This document shows positions 57,874 to 64,000 of a stretch of DNA of 64,000 bases, piece by piece. The stretch is from NCBI GenBank assembly GCA_947501005.1, contig CANMTU010000001.1, positions 2,719,407-2,783,406 on the forward strand, in the 5' to 3' direction. The notes under the pieces were generated by a model, which was not told where the DNA came from, searched no databases, and worked only from the letters and a program-made list of their open reading frames with translations. Within the stretch, counting starts at the first letter, position 1. Every line of letters starts with the position of its first letter. A program made the translations under genes and the position numbers. This DNA comes from an uncultured Erythrobacter sp. (GTDB lineage: Bacteria; Pseudomonadota; Alphaproteobacteria; Sphingomonadales; Sphingomonadaceae).

Positions 57874-58115
57874 GGCTTGACCTGCAGCTTGTGGACCGTG
57901 TCGACCAATTGGCCGTAGGTCTCGATCTCGGCCTGCTGGTTCATCGAGATGATGATGTCGAACTCGTCCTCGATCGCGGCGACGAAATCCATCACCGTCA
58001 GGCTGTCGAATTCCAGATCGTTCTGGAATGTCGTGGTGTCGGTGATCTCGATGCCCTTCTTGTTGAAGGGCTGTGCCAATTCGCGGATGCGTTCGTCGAC
58101 TTGCGATCGGTCCAT
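57870..58115 (-). CDS. Acyl carrier protein (spt-associated)
   Basis: DLEFDSLTVMD phosphopantetheine Ser motif; adjacent to spt. Confidence 0.9.
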   Translation of the reverse strand: MDRSQVDERIRELAQPFNKKGIEITDTTTFQNDLEFDSLTVMDFVAAIEDEFDIIISMNQQAEIETYGQLVDTVHKLQVKP

Positions 58116-58222
58116 GTGTTCGTCCAGTTCCTGCATATGCGCCTCGGCGCCGTGGCAAGCCATCTAGGGCATAGCGCGCAAGAGCGCGAGGGGTTCGTTG
58201 GTGGGTCTTGGGCCGGCCCGCC

Positions 58223-58591
58223 TCAGTCGGCCAGAAGGGCGCGCACGGCCGCCATGAAGGGGCCGATGGAAACGGGTTTGGCAAGGTAGTCCCGCGCACC
58301 GGCTTCGCGAATGCGTTCCTCGTCGCCCTTGCCGGCATAGGCGGTCACGGCCAGCACGGGCGTATCGGTCAGGCTCGCATCCTTCTTCAAGGCGGCGATC
58401 AGGTCCACCCCGCTGATATTGGGCAGCTGGATATCCATGATCACCAGATGCGGGGCGAACTTCTTCGCGGTCGCCAGCACGTTCTTCCCGTCGGCCACCG
58501 GCACCACCTCGTAACCGTTCGCCTTCAAAACGTCGCAGAACAGCTTGCGATTGAGGTCGTTGTCCTCGACAACGAGGATTCTCTTTGTCAC
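58223..58591 (-). CDS. divK: Single-domain response regulator DivK
   Basis: ILVVEDNDLNRKLF, MDIQLP, VTAYAGKGDEERIREAG, KPVSI. Confidence 0.88.
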   Translation of the reverse strand: MTKRILVVEDNDLNRKLFCDVLKANGYEVVPVADGKNVLATAKKFAPHLVIMDIQLPNISGVDLIAALKKDASLTDTPVLAVTAYAGKGDEERIREAGARDYLAKPVSIGPFMAAVRALLAD

Positions 58592-58697
58592 GGGGTCGTG
58601 GCCTCCTTGCATCCGGCAGGCGGCATAGGGACAAGCGAAAGGGCTGACAATTCAGGGCGCGAAAACTTCGACACCGCAGGAAACCCGTTCGGCGCAG

Positions 58698-58934
58698 GTG
58701 CTGGCGCTGGAGGCGCTCGGCTGGGCGCTGACCGACGAGCGGCGGGCGGAACGCCTGCTGTCGCTCACTGGGCTGACGCCGGAACGGCTGCGCCACGGGA
58801 TCGACGATACGGCAGTGCAGGCCGCGGTGCTGGAATTCCTCGCCGCGCACGAACCCGATCTCGTCGCCGCGGCCGTGGCGCTCGACACGACGCCCGAGGC
58901 GCTGGTCGCCGCGCACCGGGAACTGGCCCGATGA
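58698..58934 (+). CDS. DUF3572 family protein
   Basis: LALEALGW..RLL.LTGLTP..LR..AVLEFL pattern; divergent from divK. Confidence 0.8.
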   Translation: MLALEALGWALTDERRAERLLSLTGLTPERLRHGIDDTAVQAAVLEFLAAHEPDLVAAAVALDTTPEALVAAHRELAR

Positions 58935-59569
58935 GCCGGCCCCTGATCGTCTGCGATTGCGACGAGGTGCTGCTGCACATGGTCGGCCCGTTCCGCGAAT
59001 GGCTGGCGGAGAACGAGGGCGTGGACTTCACGATCGGCAGCAACAATTTCGGCGAGGCGATGCGCTGGCAGGACGGCGGCGGTCTGCTGGAGCAGGAGGA
59101 TATCTGGCGGCTGCTGCGCAAGTTCTTCGACACCGAGATGTATCGCCAGCACGCGATCGAAGGCGCGCTCGACAGTATCGCCGCGCTGCAGGACCATGCC
59201 GACGTGGTGATCCTCACCAATCTGATCGACGCGCATCGCGACAGCCGGGCCGAACAGTTGCGGACCCATGGGCTCGATGTGCCGGTCTATACCAATCAGG
59301 GGCCGAAGGGTCCGGCCATCGCCGCGATCGTCGCGGAATACCGGCCCTCGCGCACCTTCTTCATCGACGATCTGCCGCAGCATCACCGCTCCGCCAGGGA
59401 GACGGTCCCGGGCATCACCACGCTGCATCTGTGCGGCGAGCCGGAACTGGCGCCGCATATCGACTGCGCGCTGGATGCCGGGGATGCCGACGCCCGGATC
59501 GACAATTGGGCCGAGGCGCTGCCCTGGCTGCTCGCCCGCCTTCAGGACAAGGAACCGCAGAGAGCATGA
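58931..59569 (+). CDS. HAD-like hydrolase
   Basis: CDCDEVL motif I, GPKG, FIDD motif IV. Confidence 0.8.
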   Translation: MSRPLIVCDCDEVLLHMVGPFREWLAENEGVDFTIGSNNFGEAMRWQDGGGLLEQEDIWRLLRKFFDTEMYRQHAIEGALDSIAALQDHADVVILTNLIDAHRDSRAEQLRTHGLDVPVYTNQGPKGPAIAAIVAEYRPSRTFFIDDLPQHHRSARETVPGITTLHLCGEPELAPHIDCALDAGDADARIDNWAEALPWLLARLQDKEPQRA

Positions 59570-60021
59570 CTATCGAAAGCCGCCTCGCCGAACTCGGCAT
59601 CGAACTGCCCGAGGTATCCCCCGCGCTCGCCAGCTATGTGCCGGTGATGGTGCATGGGAACACCGCGTTCGTCTCCGGCCAGCTGCCGTTTCTGGATGGC
59701 GAGCTTGCCACCGGGCGGCTGGGCGCGGATGTCGACGTGGAACGCGGCGTCGAGATCGCGCGGGCCTGCGGGCTGATGATCTTGGCCCAGCTTCGCGCCG
59801 CCGGTCTGCTCGAACGGGTCAGCCAGGTGGTCAAGCTCGGCGGGTTCGTCGCCAGCACGCCCGATTTCGTCGAGCAGCACAAGGTCGTGAACGGGGCGAG
59901 CGATCTCATGTCGGAAGTGTTTGGCGAGAAGGGGCGCCATGCGCGCGCCGCGGTCGGCGTTCCGGCCCTGCCGCTGGGTGCCGCGGTCGAGGTCGATGGA
60001 ATCGTTGCTCTCTCGGATTGA
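59566..60021 (+). CDS. RidA/YjgF family protein
   Basis: SGQLP, VVNGASDL..VFGEKGRHARAAVG..LP.GAAVEVD. Confidence 0.9.
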   Translation: MTIESRLAELGIELPEVSPALASYVPVMVHGNTAFVSGQLPFLDGELATGRLGADVDVERGVEIARACGLMILAQLRAAGLLERVSQVVKLGGFVASTPDFVEQHKVVNGASDLMSEVFGEKGRHARAAVGVPALPLGAAVEVDGIVALSD

Positions 60022-60766
60022 CCGGTTCTTCGCGCCTGCGCCCGATCCGGCGCGGACCGGCTGGCTGGGCGAATGGACCTACGCCCATCGCGGCTTGCAT
60101 GGCGGCGGACGGGTGGAGAATTCGCGCTGCGCATTTCGGGCTGCGATCGACGCGGGGCTGGGGATCGAATGCGATATCCAGCGCAGCGCCGACGATGTGC
60201 CGATGGTGTTCCACGACTGGGACTTCGCCCGGCTGATCGGCCGGCCCGACAAGACCGCCGCACTGACCGCCGCCGAATGGCGCAAGCTGAGCTATCTGGA
60301 AGGCGAGGACGCGCTTATCGCACTGGCCGATCTGCTGGAAATGGTGGCGGGCAAGGTGCCGCTGTTGATCGAGATCAAGTCGCACAGGGATTACGATGTC
60401 GAACGGTCCTGCCAGGGCGTGGCCGATGCGCTGCGCGGCTATGCCGGGCTGCATGCCGTGATGAGCTTCGATCCGCGCGTATCCCGCTGGTTCCGCAAGC
60501 ATTCACCCGCGAGCGTGCAGGGCCTCGTCATGCGGGAAGACGAGTTCGGCCATACTCAACACGCGTGGCAACGCCGCGCCGCATTGTGGGCCGCGCGTCC
60601 CGAATTCCTCGCCTATCATGTCGCGGCCCTGCCCAACTCGATGGTCGCCGGCTTGCGCGAAAACGGTCTGCCGATCCTGAGCTGGACCGTCGATTCGCCT
60701 GCCAGACTGCAGACCGCGCGCCGCCATGCCGATGCGCCGGTGGCCGAAGGGGCCGGCCTGCCATGA
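59996..60766 (+). CDS. Glycerophosphodiester phosphodiesterase family protein
   Basis: AHRG, ECD, FHD, IEIK, WTV. Confidence 0.88.
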   Translation: MESLLSRIDRFFAPAPDPARTGWLGEWTYAHRGLHGGGRVENSRCAFRAAIDAGLGIECDIQRSADDVPMVFHDWDFARLIGRPDKTAALTAAEWRKLSYLEGEDALIALADLLEMVAGKVPLLIEIKSHRDYDVERSCQGVADALRGYAGLHAVMSFDPRVSRWFRKHSPASVQGLVMREDEFGHTQHAWQRRAALWAARPEFLAYHVAALPNSMVAGLRENGLPILSWTVDSPARLQTARRHADAPVAEGAGLP

Positions 60767-61899
60767 GCGATGGAGGCCTTGCCGCCCGCATCGCCGGATC
60801 GGTCGGCGCGTTCGATGCAGCCGATTGGAACGCCCTCGCCGGGAGCGACAACCCGTTCATGCGCCACGAATTCCTCACCGCGATGGAGGATTCGGGCAGC
60901 GTCGGCGCGGGCACCGGCTGGCAGCCCGCCCCGCTGATCGTGAGCGAGGAGGACGGCCCCCCGCTCGCCGCCATGCCCGCCTATCTCAAGAGCCACAGCC
61001 AAGGCGAATATGTTTTCGACCATAGCTGGGCCGATGCGTTCGAGCGGGCGGGCGGCGACTACTACCCCAAACTCCTCATCGCCGCGCCGTTCACGCCGGC
61101 GACCGGCCCGCGCCTGCTGCTCTCGGACGAAGCTTATGCCCGCCCGCTGATCGCCGCTGCCGAACAATTGTGTTTGCAGAACGGCTTTTCCAGCGCGCAT
61201 GCCACCTTCGTCGAACCGGCCCAGCAGGCGATCTTCAAAAATGCAGGCTGGCTGCTGCGCAAGGACATCCAGTTCCACTGGCACAACCACGATTTCGGCG
61301 GTTTCGACGATTTCCTCGCCACGCTCGCTTCGCGCAAGCGCAAGGATTTGCGCAAGGAACGCGCCGCCGCGCAGGCCGAGGTCGAGATCGTGCGGTTGCG
61401 CGGCGACGATATCCGGCCCGAACACTGGGATGCGTTCTGGGTGTTCTACCAGGATACCGGATCGCGCAAATGGGGGCGGCCCTATCTGACCCGTGCGGCG
61501 TTCGATCTGCTCGGCGAACGGATGGGCGAGGCGATCCTGCTGGTGCTCGCCTATCAGAACGGCGAGCCGGTGGCGGGCGCGCTCAATTTCATCGGCCCGG
61601 ACGCGCTGTATGGCCGCTATTGGGGCTGCACGCGCGATGTCCGCTTTCTGCATTTCGAGCTGTGCTATTACCAGGCGATCGACGCCGCGATCGAACTCGG
61701 GCTTGATCGAGTCGAGGCCGGGGCGCAGGGCGGGCACAAGCTGGCGCGCGGATACGAACCGGTCGAAACCGTCTCCGCCCACTGGATCGCCGATCCCGGC
61801 TTCCGCGAGGCGATCGCGGATTTCCTCGAGCGCGAGCGGGCGGGCATCGCCAGCGACCGCAATTACCTCAACGCCCGGACCCCCTTCCGCAAGGCCTGA
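60763..61899 (+). CDS. FemAB-like GNAT protein (DUF482)
   Basis: YLKSHSQGEYVFD, YYPKL, LYGRYWG, HFELCYYQAI, EAGAQG.HKLARGY. Confidence 0.88.
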   Translation: MSDGGLAARIAGSVGAFDAADWNALAGSDNPFMRHEFLTAMEDSGSVGAGTGWQPAPLIVSEEDGPPLAAMPAYLKSHSQGEYVFDHSWADAFERAGGDYYPKLLIAAPFTPATGPRLLLSDEAYARPLIAAAEQLCLQNGFSSAHATFVEPAQQAIFKNAGWLLRKDIQFHWHNHDFGGFDDFLATLASRKRKDLRKERAAAQAEVEIVRLRGDDIRPEHWDAFWVFYQDTGSRKWGRPYLTRAAFDLLGERMGEAILLVLAYQNGEPVAGALNFIGPDALYGRYWGCTRDVRFLHFELCYYQAIDAAIELGLDRVEAGAQGGHKLARGYEPVETVSAHWIADPGFREAIADFLERERAGIASDRNYLNARTPFRKA

Positions 61900-61904
61900 G
61901 CCGC

Positions 61905-62234
61905 TCAGGCGACCTTGCGCGCGTCTTTCTGCAACCAGCGGCGGGCGCGCCCCTGCGCCTCGGCGATTTCGCGCGCGGTCATTTCGTCGGCGATTTCGGC
62001 CCGACAGCAAGCCGCTTCCTCGTGCCCCATCGAGGCGGCGATGTTGAACCATTTGTGCGCCTCGACCAAGTCGCAGGTGCAGCCGTGGCTGCCGGTCGAA
62101 AAGGCCACGCCGAGGCCGAACAGCGCTTCCTCGCAGCCGCCTTCAAATTGCGCAATGGCCTGCGCGACGAGCGCTTCCGCTGCGCCCGATTGCTCGATGC
62201 GGCCCGCCCCGCCCTGGATCGCTGTCAGTTCCAT
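61905..62234 (-). CDS. Sel1-like repeat protein
   Basis: LGVAFSTG..CDLVEAHKWFNIAA..AEIADEMT.REIAEAQ. Confidence 0.8.
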   Translation of the reverse strand: MELTAIQGGAGRIEQSGAAEALVAQAIAQFEGGCEEALFGLGVAFSTGSHGCTCDLVEAHKWFNIAASMGHEEAACCRAEIADEMTAREIAEAQGRARRWLQKDARKVA

Positions 62235-62298
62235 CACCGTTCCCCTTTGCAACAACGGCATCCCCTCGCCGTTCGTCCCTTCAATCCGCCATCCACTC

Positions 62299-62314
62299 AT
62301 AAAAAATGGTTAAC
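62299..62314. promoter_or_regulatory. Putative CtrA-binding site
   Basis: ATAA-AAAATGG-TTAAC upstream of the Sel1 gene. Confidence 0.45.
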
Positions 62315-62512
62315 GCGGCGCTGACCAAGTCGATTGCATCCGAAACAATGATGTGCGCGCAAGGATGATACGCGCGGCGCTACGGCATTGCGGCTTGCCC
62401 GCATGTATCGCGATGCCTATAGGGCGCGCCGAACGGAGGGTCGTCCAGGTGCCGAAAAGCTTCGGGTCAGGATCAGCAGATGCCTTTCCGTACGGGGAGG
62501 GAAGGTAGCGAC

Positions 62513-62971
62513 ATGGCCGAATCGGCATCGAATGTCCGCGAGAAGCTCGAACAGGCGAAAGCCGCCGTCGATCCGGGTTACGTGCCTTCGGACGACGAAG
62601 AGTATATGAATTCCCAGCAGCTCGATTTCTTCCGCATGCTGTTGCTCGACTGGAAGAAATCGATCCACGACGCGGCCGGGCAGACCCTGCAATCGCTGCA
62701 GGACGGCCCGATGCGCGAACCCGACCTCAATGATCGCGCCTCGTCAGAAACCGATTGGGGCATCGAGCTGCGCACCCGCGACCGGCAGCGCAAGCTGATC
62801 TCCAAGATCGATGCGGCGCTGCGGCGGATCGAGGATGGCGAATACGGCTATTGCGACAAGACCGGCGATCCCATCGGCCTGCGCCGCCTTATCGCGCGGC
62901 CCGTGGCGACGATGACGCTGGAGGCGCAGGAAGCCCACGAACGGCGCGAGCGCATCTCGCGCGACGATTGA
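62513..62971 (+). CDS. dksA: RNA polymerase-binding protein DksA
   Basis: YMNSQQLDFFR, DLNDRASSE, RTRDRQRKLISKID.AL.RIE.GEYGYC, RLIARP. Confidence 0.93.
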   Translation: MAESASNVREKLEQAKAAVDPGYVPSDDEEYMNSQQLDFFRMLLLDWKKSIHDAAGQTLQSLQDGPMREPDLNDRASSETDWGIELRTRDRQRKLISKIDAALRRIEDGEYGYCDKTGDPIGLRRLIARPVATMTLEAQEAHERRERISRDD

Positions 62972-63083
62972 TTCCATTCGGAAATTTCCCGAATTCGGTA
63001 ACGTTCCGTTTAGCAGTTCGGCTTACCAAATCCGTTGTCCGTAAGCACGGGCGGGATTTCAGGGTCATGCGCGAGGAACAGCA

Positions 63084-63455
63084 ATGTCGGCAATCGATAC
63101 ACGGGGGGTCTCCCGCGATAGCCTGTTCCTCATGGCGGACATCTCCATCGAAGGGGGCGAGGCCGGGCGGGTCAAGGTGCGCAATCTGTCCGATACCGGC
63201 ATGATGGGCGATGGCCCGGTCGCCGTTGCGCGGGGCAAACAGGTCACGGTCGAACTGCGCAATATCGGCGCGGTCGGCGGCACGGTCGCATGGACGCGCG
63301 GCAACCGTTTCGGCATCGCGTTCGACCGGATGATCGAATCGAAGCGCGCCCGGGTGCCGCTGGGCGACGGATCGGAACGGGCACCGATCTATGCCCGCCC
63401 CGCGGTCGATCCGGAACCCGACCCCGTCGACCCATCGCGCCTGCGCAAGATCTGA
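63084..63455 (+). CDS. PilZ domain protein
   Basis: RGVSRDS, NLSDTG (N/D-x-S-x-x-G), GTVAWTRGNRFGIAF. Confidence 0.85.
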   Translation: MSAIDTRGVSRDSLFLMADISIEGGEAGRVKVRNLSDTGMMGDGPVAVARGKQVTVELRNIGAVGGTVAWTRGNRFGIAFDRMIESKRARVPLGDGSERAPIYARPAVDPEPDPVDPSRLRKI

Positions 63456-63533
63456 TTTTCTGCGCCCCGGGCGCCCCGGGCGCGCCGTAGCGCCCGGTTG
63501 CACGCCGCGCGCCGGGTGCTACGTGCTAGGGCC

Positions 63534-64000
63534 ATGTGGCGCGCCGTCCCGATCCTATCCCTCCTGCTGCTGGCAGGGTGCGCCGATACCGCACAGGACG
63601 GCATGGTCGACGTCGCCTATATCGGCGATGCGCGGGCTGATGGCGGCACCGATGCCGAGGCGCGGCTGGTGCAGTCCGCGCGCTGGCAGGGACTGGTCCG
63701 GTTCGATCCGGCGGGGCAGGTCGTTCCCGGCCTTGCCGAACGCTGGATCGTGACCGATGACGGGCTGAGCTATATCTTCCGCATTCGCGAATACGAATTC
63801 GCCGACGGGTCGCGGCTCACGGCGAAAAGGGTGCGGCGCAAACTCGTCGCAGCGATCGACGGGCTCGGGAAAAGCGGCCTCGCGCTCGACCTGGCAAAGA
63901 TGTCGGACATTCGCGCGATGACCGGGCGGGTGATCGAGATCCGCCTGCGCAGCCCGATGCCCGGTTTCCTGCAATTGCTGGCCCAGCCCGAACTCGCGCT
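63534..64000 (+). CDS. ABC transporter substrate-binding lipoprotein, family 5 (partial, runs off window)
   Basis: Lipobox LAGC; GLVRFD..GQVVPGLAERW.V.DDGLSYIF.IR. Confidence 0.82.
   Translation, partial: MWRAVPILSLLLLAGCADTAQDGMVDVAYIGDARADGGTDAEARLVQSARWQGLVRFDPAGQVVPGLAERWIVTDDGLSYIFRIREYEFADGSRLTAKRVRRKLVAAIDGLGKSGLALDLAKMSDIRAMTGRVIEIRLRSPMPGFLQLLAQPELA

Noticed and set aside
62400-62512. SD-occluding hairpin in the dksA leader (CCTTTCC/GGAAGG)
   Set aside because: Pairing is short and plausible by chance at this GC content; no conservation data.
1-64000. Many long alternative-frame and antisense ORFs (e.g. 26617-28896 -, 47664-49595 +, 50110-51678 +)
   Set aside because: They shadow well-supported genes, have Arg/Pro/Ala-rich nonsense composition and are expected in high-GC DNA.

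Overview
GC-rich alphaproteobacterial chromosome segment, most likely Sphingomonadales (Erythrobacteraceae-like). This assignment is inferred from the acp-spt sphingolipid pair, divK and the layout of the gene transfer agent (GTA) cluster. Most of the window is core genome: an Lhr-like helicase, tonB-exbB with four exbD paralogues, hom, glpX, prs, hisN, rpmI-rplT-pheST, prfC, sigma54-driven glnK-amtB, argD-argF-hslO, queC, sodC, ompA, divK and dksA. An apparently intact RcGTA-type head-tail cluster lies on the minus strand (38655-52568). The best leads are: (1) an intrinsic terminator in the GTA operon leader, with an operator-like palindrome upstream and a second terminator before the capsid gene, suggesting antitermination control; (2) a candidate anti-Shine-Dalgarno sRNA in the amtB 3' UTR; (3) a two-TM, coiled-coil, AIM24-like protein 10 bp downstream of spt; (4) a GTA distal-tail fusion gene with a possible internal restart. 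No tRNA, rRNA, CRISPR array, transposase or integrase was seen. Family names come from motif recognition by eye, not database searches. Several starts were re-picked from the ORF track.
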